This document shows positions 26,901-40,000 of a stretch of DNA of 64,000 nucleotides, piece after piece. Below the pieces are notes generated by a model. The model was not told where the DNA came from and ran no database searches. It saw only the letters and a program-made list of their open reading frames with translations. Numbering within the stretch: the stretch's first letter is position 1; each line of letters begins with the position of its first letter. This DNA comes from Styela clava (taxonomy: Eukaryota), in assembly GCF_964204865.1 (NCBI RefSeq), contig NC_135252.1, positions 20,584,001-20,648,000 of the forward strand, written 5' to 3'. The position numbers and the translations under genes are program-made.

Positions 26901-28776
26901 CTCTGGTTTTTACGCAGTTTGAATAGTTTAATGTATGTACAGTGTGTTACAGTAATACTAATATAAGTAACAAATAGCAAATTCAAAGAAAATTTCCTTC
27001 CCTATAAAAAATTAAATTTCTCTCTTGGGCGGAATTTCTCCCAAATCGGGAACCCGACCTAAATCATAATGCAAACATCTTACTAAACATATTTGTCTAT
27101 TTATTCCAAATCTAAGAACTTTCAATAGCCGATCATGTTGTTCTGTGGCACATTCCGGGTTAATACATTTTTTTAATTACTTGCACAGACGGTCGAGGAC
27201 CAGCTTGTTATATACATGCTCGTTGTAAGATTCCAGAGTGCCCTCCAGTGGATGATTGGAGAAGTATGATGAAATGTAAAAGATGTTACAGAGAATGTGG
27301 AACAGGTAATATTCTTTTCGGAACTAAAACTGACATAGTTTCCTAGGGGCAATGTTGGAACATATAGACGAGTCAATGTACATCTTGCTTTCTTTTTACA
27401 TTTTTAGCCCTATTCATTTAGGCAATCTTAGTTGTTTGTCCGTTCCGGAGTCGAAAATGAGGCATAAACATTTATATATGTATTAAAGTATGTTGATTCA
27501 GTTAACTGTTGGTATAGCGAGTTGTCCTCGCAGCTGGCGGAACCGGCATTGCACCATTTGTATCCTATGCACTCCCCACTCTAATTCTAGGAGTAACTTA
27601 TCAAACTTTATCAGCATACTAACAATGCAGTGGCGTAGCATCCACCCCCGCAACCCCCGCGGTCGCGGGAGGGCCCACAGCACAAAGGGGCCCAAGCGGT
27701 TAGAATTTAAAAATTTAAGCCGCAAAACCGAATGCTGCATTGCAAAACCAGTAATGCACATCTTATAACGTTGATGTTAGTTCTGCTCAACAAATCGTTT
27801 TGTTACGTAACAATGCCAAGGAGTCGTCGATTTTCGGCGTCTTGTGGTTCGATCGCACCGGCAAAATTACGAAGGGTGTCAGAATGATGTCGAAAGCAAA
27901 ACCTCTCAGTGGCGCACAGAAACGCAGAAAAAGGGCATAAGAGGAAGCACGTATGAAAAAAATTGATGTAACCAAGATAAGCGGCAAATTTTAGGTTACC
28001 ATTGCCTTTTAATAGCGAGATGTTATGCTTTTTGACGAATTAAAAAAAGCGTTGTTTTAGCTTATGTCCGAGAGTTTTTAGGGTCATTTCCACAAAATAT
28101 TTTTGCGGGGGGGCCCACGAGAGTCTTGCTACGCCACTGTAACAATGTATAGAAGTAGTAAGTGCTGCAAGATTCGTTGAATAAAGTTACCTTCATCGTG
28201 GTTTTGCACTTCGTTAACAAGTAATAAAATGTGAAGACAAGTTCATTTCCTATAACAAAAATTCCATTTTCGATTATTATTTCTATCTCTACTCATACTG
28301 GGCTCTGGAAAATCTGTTACGTCTGCGGTTCCCAAACTTTTCATTCGTGTGGCTTCAAATTATCATGGAAAATCTCACGGCGCGCTTACAAAAAATGCAG
28401 CTTTGGAATAAAAATCAATTTTGTGATCGTTAAAGTGTATGTTAAACATTTTAAAGTTTGTAAACATGTAGTCTATTGGGAACCAGTGCGTTACGCATAG
28501 AACGACGAAATAGTTAAGGCCAAATCTGACAACTTGATTTTCAATCCGACATAGACAGGTAAATGGTCCAGATTCGAAAGGTCGCACTGGTTGTTCTAGG
28601 CTTCTAAGTGACTGCTGGTACAGAATCTTGTTCCGTGCGATGGTGCAAAAATAATTCATTGAAATATCTCTCATTCACACACAGGCATTACTGGAGGACC
28701 AGGAACGTATTTTGTTAGCGAAGGATTGAAATTTATCAATGAAACAACGGCGATGTATATCGATGAAGAATATTGA
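23955..28776 (+). CDS. Uncharacterised secreted cysteine-rich protein, 227 aa, 23 Cys; exons 23955-24000, 24738-24914, 25781-25918, 26344-26457, 27189-27305, 28685-28776
   Basis: Signal-peptide-like MMTFAIMITVFVILFAFNITSG; all five introns are phase 1 and join in frame (684 nt); CX3CX5C and CX2CX3C motifs; intron 3 donor is CAG|GCAAGT. Confidence 0.8.
26569..26671. mobile_element. Short palindromic MITE (~40-bp arms); similar copy at ~53348-53448
   Basis: ctcctgaagtatgcgcaccaagatggcgcacaacctgaac ... gttcaggttatgcgacatcttggtgcgcatacttccggag. Confidence 0.75.
27628..28139 (+). mobile_element. hAT deletion derivative (MITE) retaining the transposase N-terminus
   Basis: TIR CAGTGGCGTAGCA / TGCTACGCCACTG, exact 8-bp TSD TAACAATG; internal MSKAKPLSGAQKRRKRA*EEAR fragment. 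Confidence 0.85.
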
Positions 28777-30531
28777 AGAAAATAATGAAAACCAGTATAC
28801 AAGGGCAAACCCGATTTTTTATCATTGCTTTAAAAATATGCTTGAAATAGTCAAACCCAATCGATGCCATGCAATATTGTAACTTTAAAGACTTTTCGAA
28901 ATTGACCTGAATAATTTCAAACTACTATAAGAATCTGAATACTAATGCAGGGACGTGCAACCTGTAATACAGGAGGGCCACAATTCATTAACTGAAAGAA
29001 ACCGCCGGGCGCATCTTTCCTATACTCAGGTGTAAACTTTGCAGAGATTGTGATTACTTGCATTTACCAGAATAAACTAAATTAGAATTTAGTTCCGCTG
29101 GTTGCACCCAATTCCAAAATGGCATGCCGCGGCAGCCACACAAATTCCCTTGTGGGTCGCATTTGGCGCACGGACCGAAGGCTGCACACTAATGGACTAA
29201 TGCAATCATACTCGCTGGTTTTTCAGTTAGAAGTAGAAGAAGAGCTAGAAAAATTTCGAAAGATTTGAAAATGTTATTAAAATTATTTTCTGTGGCTGTT
29301 ATTGCACCTAAAACGACACCCTCTCGTTTTTATTTAATATTTTGAATTATCTAATTTTTTCATACTTTTTTATTAAACTTTATTGAATTTACTACATTTA
29401 TATTTTTCGATTCCAATCGCAAACATTTCTTTTCAGAGCATTTTTGCGACTGATTCCATTTTCTCGTTGTTTTTACTTTTTAAAATCTAAATAAACGTTA
29501 CAAACACTGACTTGAGTCCAATCCTTTTTCTTGTAACTGAAACTACATTTGTTGAAAGTTCATATCTTGGTCATCAGTTCAGAACGCATCTCGGAGTCTT
29601 GTGTGATACAGTGGCTTCCGAGTGAAGTATATTGGCAAACACACACATGGAGTCAGTCAGACCTTAAGAGGTCCCTCGCGACTCCTGTCACACATCTTGA
29701 AAGAGAGAGATACAGCAGAAAGGCTTTCACCAATCAGAATGTGAGACAGCCCCTCGATAACTTCCTCATTCGCATTTAATAACCCAAAGCATTTTGAAAT
29801 AGCAAATTTTTTGGTGCGACGTGTCAGCATATTCGAGCCCATCTGCATTTAAGATATTTTGACTCCAATTCCCGACTAACAACTCCTAACCAAGATTTTC
29901 AGACTCCAACCACAACGGCCGGTTTTTACTATATACCAGACATTGACAAAATACGGCCCACGGGCTAAATCCGGCCCACTGGGTAATTCAATCTGGCCCG
30001 TCTGATGCTACCACAACCAACCCGAAATCAAATTTTGATGTTTCAGCTAAAATAGCTCAAAGAATTTGTTGAGATTGCGGTTAAATTTAGTTTTGGCACG
30101 AGGCTTATTGTTTTCCACCTTTGCTTTGTAACACTGTAAATACTTTTATAGTCCGCCAGTCTAAGTGGACAAAACTTGTCCCCTGGTTCAAAAACCTTGC
30201 CCACCCCTGCTATATACCCAAACATTGGTGTCATTTTGGTGAAATTGATATCCGTATGAACAAAGAAGCCATATGAAAGGCAGCGAGCTTACATTCAAGC
30301 AAAACAAAGAGACTCTTTCACGATAGCTGAATCATGAATATTATTGTCTACCACGTCGATTCACCCTCACGCTGTGTCGATTCGTCACTTGTCATCTTTG
30401 TGACGTTATGAGTTTCTGTTTCTTTTACCAGAGATCAGTTATAGAATAAATAAATTGCGAAAAAACACTTGAAAAAAATCGCAATAAATATACAGAAGCG
30501 ATACTCAATATGAAATCCAAATTGAGAGGAA

Positions 30532-33500
30532 ATGAAAGAAATACCAACAGAAATTCATTTAAGTGCTAACATGTCAGCCGGTTAAGTGTTTCCTTGGCGA
30601 TATATTATTGAATAATGATTGCAAAAATTTTATATATATGATCTTTATGCCTGAATTTTATTGTTGGAAAAAATTGCTATTCTCCAAAAATTATCGACCA
30701 ATCGATTTCAAATTTTCACTATGTAAAGACAGTGCTGCAGTTGATGCCGCTTGCATGGTATCACTTTTACATTATATATTGGCTGAATATCGCATTGGCT
30801 GTTCATGCATATGATATCGGCTGTATATGCATATGCCATTGGCTGTATATTCATATTTGGTTGGCTCTATATGTATATGGCATTGGTTGTATATGCATAT
30901 GCTATTAGCAGTATATGCATATGGAACATTTACTGCATGTGCATATGTCATTGGTTGTATATGCATATTTGGTTGGCTCAATATGTATATGGCATTGAAT
31001 TATATGCTTAAGGCATTTACCACTGTTGCGTACATTTATCGTCACTTTATATCTCCACCAAAGTCATAAGATTTTACCCGGAATGTTTAGCCGAGATATC
31101 AGAGAGACGTTTTGAGTAAGAAAATCATGAAAATTAGCTCACGAGCCTACTACAAAAGCAATTCGATCAAGTGCAGCCCTTCGGCAAAACGAGTGTGTTG
31201 CGATAATTAAGAATATGCTTATATCGGCGGGAATCTACTGATATGAACAATGAGACACCCCAACCTAGCCTATATTAATTGAAAGAGTCCTCTGATGCAA
31301 AGACGCCACAACTAATTTGTTATGACGCCATAATATAGATTTCGAGGTCATGTATTGACATTTTTCAAGTCATTGTTACGGTTAATACTGTTCGGTTAAT
31401 TTATGCTCAGCATACTTTGTTTTTTAAGGTTGAAGTAAGTCTTTTAAGGTTAAAGTGAGTTTTTCAAGGTTAAACATTTAAACTCATTTATTCGACCGCA
31501 TTTCAATTTTCGCAACGCGGTTTCATCGCAGCAGGGTCGTTCACGTAATGGCTTATCGGTTGCGCCTTACTGCGCCAACCACTGAACTACGAGTACAACT
31601 TGAGAAGGTGTGCATGAGCCTCTATCGATATTTGTGGCGTTTTAAAAGATTTATTGCAAATAAGAAGCGCTTGGCAAGTTTTTACATCCATTTTTCTTCA
31701 ACCTATTTGATACAATAAAATCAAATAGTCCAGTCATTTTGAACAAAACAGGCAGAAAAAACTTGAATTAAAACAATTCTCTTTGAACAAATCCCTATGT
31801 ATATCACTTTACCAAATCCACTCTGCTGTTCCAACGGCGCCGGCGCTCACAGCGCAGATGACGATTATGATCTTCTGCTTTTGAAGCTTCTGAAATATCA
31901 GATAACGGTGTATGATCTAGTTCCTTCGAGAAAATTTGTATTCATTTTTGAAAGTTTTTCACTGTAATGGATTTCCACTTAATGGATTTCTACGGGTGAT
32001 TGTCAACGTACTTTAGCGTTAAAATATGTTCACAAGGTAACATATTAATCTAGTTTATCAAAATAAAATGACTGGAGATTTGTAGTTTTAACATAGAGCA
32101 ACTGCCATGATATTGATTTATTATTTTGTAGGTTCAAATCTTAATCACTCACCAAATGAATTGGAGAACGCTGAAAATATCACAAAAAATTTTGAGCGAT
32201 TCTTGAAAAAACATTTGGAAAAGAAAAACAGAGGTGAGAGATTGTTCCATTAAAAATGTATAAAGGGTAAAATACAATTTGTAAAAAAGTTTCTCTCTTC
32301 GAACGAGACTGTGCCACTAATGTGTGAAAAAAACATCCTTTATGCAATTTTTTTTTTCGAAAATTTCATAACTTGGATATTATTTGAACATTATGCAACC
32401 AAAGTGTGGAACTACAGCTATAACAGCTGTAAATAATACTATTCTACGTACAGTGATACCATGAGTATGGAACTTTTTGTTTGAAGCCTTGTTCAGCGCG
32501 AATCCGTTGCACTTTTTGTTATTTTCCTAGAAGTACTTGATGCACAATTTCCGGTTTTGAAAATTGCTGTCGTTGTTCTGTCTATCGTGGCTGCAATGGT
32601 GACGTACCATAGTATGAAAATCGCAAAAGATTTTGACCGAAAATTCGAAGAACTGCAGAATGGTATAAATATAAACATTCCAATAGAAATTAAATATTAG
32701 GACCGAAATATTAAGTGTATTGCCCATTCAGTTTAGCGTTTGGATTGACTATTTTTTACATCGTAAGTTGAAGATCTTGAGTTTAAACCTCATGCCTTCC
32801 GTGAACCGGGGCAGTCGGACAAGTAAGCGTTCGGCCCTTCCACAAATGGTATTTTGCCACGTATCAGTGGATGCTTATCCAGAGAGAAGTTTTGGAATGT
32901 TTCAAAAATATATCCATACTTTTACAGCACACATTCATATCCCTTGCATATTTTAATCATTTAATTTTTTGAGCAGAACATACAGTCATGAGGACAAAAA
33001 TTGAGGTAGATCGGGAAAATATGAAAAACTCTGTTCAGTCAGGGGATGATAAGCTTGTGAGTTTTTGATTAACGATAATTGAATCTGAAATCCGCCGCGG
33101 TATCAATTAATTTTTCAGAGTTGATCAATTTGAAGTGCAAAAACTTGACTGTCTAATAGCAAAACTCTCTCTTCCTCAGATGAAAGTTATCGAGTCGCAA
33201 AATGAAAAAATTCTCAAGTTGTCTGGATGGTTTAAAGCCAGTAATAATCTATTTTATAAACGGTTTTCCGAGAAAGTCGATTACCTTACTGCTAGAAAGC
33301 GCTGCAAACAACTGGGTGCTCAGTTAATTTCCACCGGCTTCCGAGATCCTGATGTTAGAAGGTAATTAAAGTTCTTCTATAATTATTAATGTTTTTTGAG
33401 TTGAATGTTCTTAGTTTTGGGTGAAAATGGTATATTGTAAAAATTTAAAAAAAACAACTCAGTGACGAAAAATAATATATTTTTATTCTCTCATATTATG

Positions 33501-34383
33501 GATGTATAAATTATGCCTCGGCGGTGTGGCGCGTCGGGCTAGGAATACGCTGACCACCGCACCTCTGATTATCCCGCGTGAGTCCGCAGGTCCGAATCCC
33601 GTGAATGTAATAATGTACGAGAAGATTGCTGATCGCTCTAGGTAGCTACAGGCTGGGTACTGCTTTCCCCACCATCGCGCTCATACATCTGCATAGAAAT
33701 GCATGCAAATAACAGACTAACTAATTACATACCGAGCTCGGCTCTTTTATGGTGATCAGTAATGTACCAGATCACAGTGTAGTACCGATGTAGTAATATA
33801 TATTATTTTACATATGTCCTCTAAACTCTATCATAATCCTGCTGTGATAAGTTTTGAATCATGGACCTAAATCATCACCTTTTTATATTATATTGTTGCA
33901 TCAATTTTGATAATTTGATTACACAATGTATAAATTGGGTATTCTACCTCTATAGATATTGCGTTTTAACGTCTTCAATTGTTTGTGTGGAAATAAAATC
34001 TTTCCTACCCGACACGAACTAGTAACCGGGCGAGGGGCCGTGGTTTATCATATGATTAAGCCGTCTTATCGGCTTTCTTTTCCCCGGGATAAATATCCTA
34101 AATCTTATCCAGAGAAATTCTTCCGGAAATCTGTATTGCGAAGACTCGCATATGGATCGGGCTTGATGACATTCAACGAGAAGAAATTTTTATTTGGTCA
34201 GATGGTACTGTCCTGGCGGATATAAAAAGTATACCATGGAGAAAGGGTGAACCAAATAACTATAAAGGAATGGAGGATTGTGGTGAATATCTTTGCGGAA
34301 CATCAAATAGCGGAGCAAACGACGGCCCTTGTTCTCCACATCTCGCCTACGCTTGTGAAAAAGCATTCTCTCGTGAATTGTAA
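30532..34383 (+). CDS. Type II transmembrane C-type lectin B, ~271 aa; exons 30532-30580 (tentative), 32132-32233, 32531-32662, 32977-33056, 33180-33361, 34113-34383
   Basis: Exons 2-6 are paralogous to lectin A with identical phases. TM KIAVVVLSIVAAMVTY; CTLD WIGLDD...EPNN...EDC...GAND..C...YACEK. Exon 1 rests only on phase and a weak GTTAAG donor. Confidence 0.8.
33517..34112 (+). mobile_element. tRNA-type SINE pieces in lectin B intron 5 (head ~33517-33750, tail ~34005-34112)
   Basis: Box A/B-like GGTGTGGCG...GGTCCGAATCCC; the tail aagccgtcttatcggctttc...cccgggataaatat matches the copy at 45280-45566. Confidence 0.65.
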
Positions 34384-35248
34384 TGATAAATATTGTAAAA
34401 AAAATGTTGTCCAAGAACTTTGCTTATAAGTTTTTAATTCAATTCCATTCTTTTTTTGAGTAATCGAAAATGTGAGAATACGATAAGGAAAAATTATATT
34501 CAAAATGAGGAGGAAAGCAATAAGATCTTTCAATTATATGGCCCTCAATTATCGTTTAATTAGAGTGAGCCAGAGTATATTTCTGCAGGTCGATATTTCA
34601 AGTGGATCTATAATGCATCCTTTCCAACTATCTTCTTTTGATTCTAAAATCTTCTATTTGGTTTTACTTGTCTCTCTAGTTTGTTTAATTAGACTTTAGA
34701 TTTTTATTTAATTTTTACTGAAATAAATTTTGAATCAAAATAAAATACTCTTCTACTTTAACTGCGCAAAATACAGACATTAAGCAACATTTTTACGAAT
34801 TTAAAGTGAACGGAAAAAGATTTTGACAAGTCTAAATCTAAAAATTATCAATAAACCAATTGTATTTGGTCACTCTGACATAAAACAAAACAACAAACAG
34901 ACAAACAAAAAGACCTGGAGGATGAGCATAAAGGACAAAGTTTTAAAACGTACAAGTACGTGCCTGACCACCAAAAACAGTGAGGTGAAAAAATTATCTT
35001 AAGATAAACTGGAATAAAAATAACAAGAAAAATTCAGATGTAATGTAGAGATCCTCCATTTTTACCTATTTCCTTAGGTTCAATATATTTTGAACTCTGT
35101 ATCAGAACAAGATAATGAAAAATCTGAAAGTCACAAGCACATGGTGGTGTTGGGAAACTTTAAGAAGAATTACATTTACTCAAAAGTCATCGCATGTATT
35201 ATTACATTGAATTTTATAAGGCTGGTAACTTTTAATTACAACCAACAA

Positions 35249-35294
35249 TGAGAAAGAGAGAGAGAGAGAGAGAAAGATAGAGAGAGAGAGAGAG
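35249..35294. repeat. (AG)n microsatellite
   Basis: Directly visible AG dinucleotide run with interruptions. Confidence 0.9.
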
Positions 35295-37050
35295 ATTGAT
35301 TTGTCAATCAAAGCAAATAAAAATATAAAAGCATGACGGTAAAATTACTGTAACGGTGGTGCAAAAAAGTTCAAGAACCACTGCGTTAGACGACCACAGC
35401 AAATAGGTTAAGTGTTTCCGTAGCTGACGAGTTATATTTGGCATCTCGGAACTTATGTATTAAATTTATGTAGAGGGTGTCATGTTAACGCATTTCACGA
35501 AATCACATACATTACATACATTTCTGAATTGAGGGAACCTGTTAATAGTGAGTTCGATACAAAATTAGATTCTTTTGGGGAAAGACCCCGCCACCAATGC
35601 AACAATGTCAGATTTGAGAAAAACACCGTCCGCCACGTTTCAAAATAAAAAAAAATAGTAATTATCACATTAAGGTGGAATGAGAGGATTATAAATTAGC
35701 GGTATAAAAAAAATATCTCATTCACCCCTGATACCTACATATCACTCATATAAACTGTAGTTAAGTCATAAACAAACGATCAATATATATTCAATAGATC
35801 GCGGTTAGATGTTTGATTGGCGTCTTGATTTTAACTAAATCTAACTCCGAACCATTCGAAAAATCAAATCCGGCTTTGACTGGCAATTCCGGATTGATCG
35901 AATTTAGACTCCGAGTTTTTACTTTGGAATAAAATTTTGTGAATGCAAACACGGTGATAGATCCTTTTCTGTTCAGTGGATGTTTCAAGATATTCAAGCA
36001 TGGTTGTAAACATTGCCTCGTTTTCGCGGTTTTGCTTGTTCTTTGTAAGTTTTCGGTTGTGTTTCCAAAACTTAGTTGTAAACGAAGTATTTTAATTGTC
36101 ATTATGTCACCCGATAAGCTTTAGTTTAGTTGCAATGACCAAAGGTTAGTACCGGGAAAGCTGCGATAGACCAAGTTAAAATTAGCTATTAGTGCGTGTC
36201 AGTGTCACGTGGTTTTTTATTCTAATTATCTAATAGAAAATAATGGTTTGGCGCATATAAATCAGTTTGTGAGTGTCGACTCTCCAAAACATTCGCAAAA
36301 TAAGCATCCAAAATTTTGCTATATAGTGAAGCATAGGAAGAATTCCTTGGGGCAAGGGTCGGGGAAAGGTCCATTGAATAAAACAGCTGTTGCCAACCTT
36401 ATTTGAAAATTGTTTTCTCTTGTTTGTTTTGGATCTCCTTATACCCCCCCCCCCCCCCCACTATGCATTGAAAATATGTTTCCGTTATTTTGTCAAGCTT
36501 TAATGAATTCCCTTCCTAGTGTTACGCGCAAGTCTCATTCTGGTTTTTGCGTAGTTCTGAAGTTCGAATAGTTAAAAATGAGTCTATAAATATATTCTAC
36601 AATAGTAAAATCAAACTAAAAATGTTAGTAAAACTACACAAACTACAAAGTAATATCACCTCCCCAAAACCACAAATTTCTTTCGCACATGGGGAGAAAT
36701 TGCTTTCTGGTTATGGAACGCTGAATTAGAATTTTCGACCCGTCTCCCAACCCTGTGATAATTTGAAATAAATATATGGCCCGATTCCACAACGAGCGAG
36801 AACAGCCAGACGAAGCCCCGAGGCAATCAAGCGTTCGGGCGTTCATGCAAAACGAAAGTGCGCATTCACGGTGTCTTAATCTGAAATATGTTATCTTATA
36901 ACAGCGTTCGATGTCGCTTCAATGCCGCTGTGCAGCTTTATTTAAAGGTTTTTATATGTTGTCGTCGTAAATTTATATTTCTTCAGACAGAGATTAGTTA
37001 GATTGAATTAATCGTAGACGAACTTGAAATATATCTAGGTGTAACTCGAC

Positions 37051-40000
37051 ATGGGATCCAGAGTGCAAGAACATGAAAGAAGTGTCGATGAAAAGTTATC
37101 AATGTACAAAGGTAAGGCCGGTACCGGCCTTATAGGTTAGGGGTTTAAGGTCTTCGTTGGCAAAATATAGGGTGTCCCAAAATAAATGAAACCCATTAAT
37201 TCGATTACCATTTATTACTAAAACAAGAGACGTTAAAAATGTTAACTTTTTGTGTGGGCTCATATAATAACAATTGAGTACTGAGAGTTTGGGGCCTTTA
37301 ACTTTAGATTTCAAGGTTTATTTAAATACATGATCCAAATGACCATCATTCCGTCTCAGACATACTTGAAGCCGTCGAGCAAAATTATCAATCACTCTGG
37401 CACATTCTTCTCTTTTTATTGCACTAATGTTGTGCGTGATGGCCAATTTCAATTCAACAATAGTTTTGGGATTATTCTGATAAACTGTGTCTTTTAGCAA
37501 CTCACACAGGTAGAAATTTGGTCTCAAGTCAGGCGAATGTGGCGACCATTCTGTATCACACCGCCTGCTAATCAAACGATCAGAGAATCGTTGGTCAATC
37601 CACTCTAATATGATATTTTCATACCATTGGGGTTTTAGAATAATAATTGTTATCTATAACTGTCATATAATCTGAAAAATAGAAACTATAGTTCAAGTAT
37701 GTTCACATTCCTGAATATTATTTCAGTTTATTATAATAAATTACTGAAAATTTGTAGTTTTAAAATTGGGATGGTTCAATATTTTACAGGTTCCAATCGA
37801 GATAACTCACAGGAAAATATCGAAAACGTCGAAAATATTGCAAAAATTGTCGAACGGGTCGTCAAAAAACGCTCAGAAAATAAATACAAAGGTAAGAGAG
37901 ATCGTTTCATTAAAATTTATAAAGGTTAAAGTTATAAATTGCAAACAAGTAACTGATAAAAGAATTTACGCGATGTTTTCCGGGCTTTTATTTGCGCTCC
38001 AAAAGTATTCGTACCAAGATGACGCACAACCTGAACCATAACCGGGTACACATGATATGTTCAGGTTGTGCGCCATCTTTGTACGATACGAGCACCCTTC
38101 TATTTCAGGCCAGCCACCGGTATGTAAAAAGATATGGCTTATAAAAAAATCCGCAATATCTACGGATTTGGCATCGGTTAGGCAACTTACCACATATACC
38201 AGTGGTTCCCAACCACCGTGCCACGGCACATTAGTGTGCCACGTAATGATTATTGGTGTGCCGCGGAGAGATTTCATTTTTGAATTTATTTCAAGTGATT
38301 CCAATTTCAAATAGACAGTTGAAAGTTAGCATATCGACTTACAGGCGTGTATTTTAATTTGAAATTTGGAAAGAAGATGGGAGTAAACTTAGATTCTCAA
38401 GTATTTAGTCATACTGTAAGCCAAGAACTGAAAACTTTTTCACCCCGGGTGACGCCGTGAAGCTTCTCTGTTGATTTACATTATATGAATTAAATTAACT
38501 CTGTCGCTAAAATTTAGTTCCCAGCTATTCATCATTATTATTCTATACCTGTTATTAAATAAATGAATAAAATTCGCCTTATCTGATCTTTTTTGTTTTT
38601 TATTTATTGTTATTAATTTATAGCAAAATGGCTTTGTGAGTAGAAAATATTCATGTTTTGTGGTGGGTTTACAGCAAATATTTAAAGAGCTCAATAGTTT
38701 GCTGCTATATAAAAAAAAACACTGGGAACCACTGACATATACCCTTGATGCGGTGAGGAATTATGGGGTTTGAAATTTTTCGTTTGCTTCGCGTGTGCTA
38801 GCTGTTAGGGAACTGTAACGTCATAGGCATGGATAATATTGGAATCGGGTATAGGCTTTGCAACGTAAAGGGGTTGTAATTACTTAGGTACGCACGTACA
38901 AGATAAAATTGAATCAAAAACTCGATTCCCGGATTGCACACCATTCAAAATTGGCACTTCTCCGCGGGCCACATAATTTGTCCTTATGGGCCTCATTTGG
39001 CCCGCGCGAAGCAGGTTGCACACACCCTGCTTTATTAACAAGTTGGCCATAATTATTCAAAACGAAATCGTGGGCGTTCAACTTTGCAGACAAAATTAAG
39101 CGTGTGTTACCTAATGCTACTTTCGAACTCTTTGCTGTTCCTTGGCTGATTCAATTTCTTGAATTCAAACAAATGCAGTTCACATATGGTCAACTACGTC
39201 ATGCCCTGGTCAGTTTGAATATTCTACACTTGTATCCATTGTTTCCACTTCTGTATTAGTAGCCTAATACAAACGGACAAGAATTAATATATTAGAAAGC
39301 AACAACTAAACAAACCGTCTCATACTATTTGTTATTTACACAGATGTACGTGGTGGAAAATATTGGGGTTTGAAAATTGCTGTCGTTGTTCTGACTATCG
39401 TGACTGCAATGACGATGTACCAAGGTATGAAAATTGCAAACGATTTTGAAATCTATAAAACGGATTGTGACAAAAGACTGGAAAAACTCCAAAAAGGTAT
39501 AAATGTAAATACATGAGCACTTAAATATTAAAACTAAAACATGAAGCGTACACATTATAGTTCAATCGTTTTAGAGTTCAATTTGACCATGTTTACTATA
39601 TGTTAATTTGACACGCCTTCTCTATTGGTGATTGCTAGAAAAAACAGAAAATTTGTGAAGCAGCTAATTATTTTCACAAACAGCAACTTTTACAAATCGT
39701 CACGCTAATAACGGAATTGCGTAAGTAATTTTTGGCGATTTTGATTTTTTATAAAATAGGTATTTATGTAATGCTGCGCACCTGTCTGTTAACTCAGATT
39801 TAATTTTAGGAATTCCGAAACCCATAAAAATGGAGATTTAGTACGACATGTACATTTGTGCAATTGTTTCGTCATAATGAATCATCATTGTTACCGCAGG
39901 ATTATTGTGACATCACAAAGGCAAAATAACCTCGGCGAGGTATTTTCGAGTTTTTCCATCTCGGATTCTAGCTTAGCGCGTATTACTTCGAATTTATACT

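Noticed and set aside
31967-32040. Alternative first exon for lectin B ending at CACAAG|GTAA
   Set aside because: The required phase-1 frame contains a TGA and no ATG; it could only be non-coding or cryptic.
33517-33605. tRNA gene
   Set aside because: Box A/B-like motifs continue into a SINE body found elsewhere in the window; no convincing cloverleaf.
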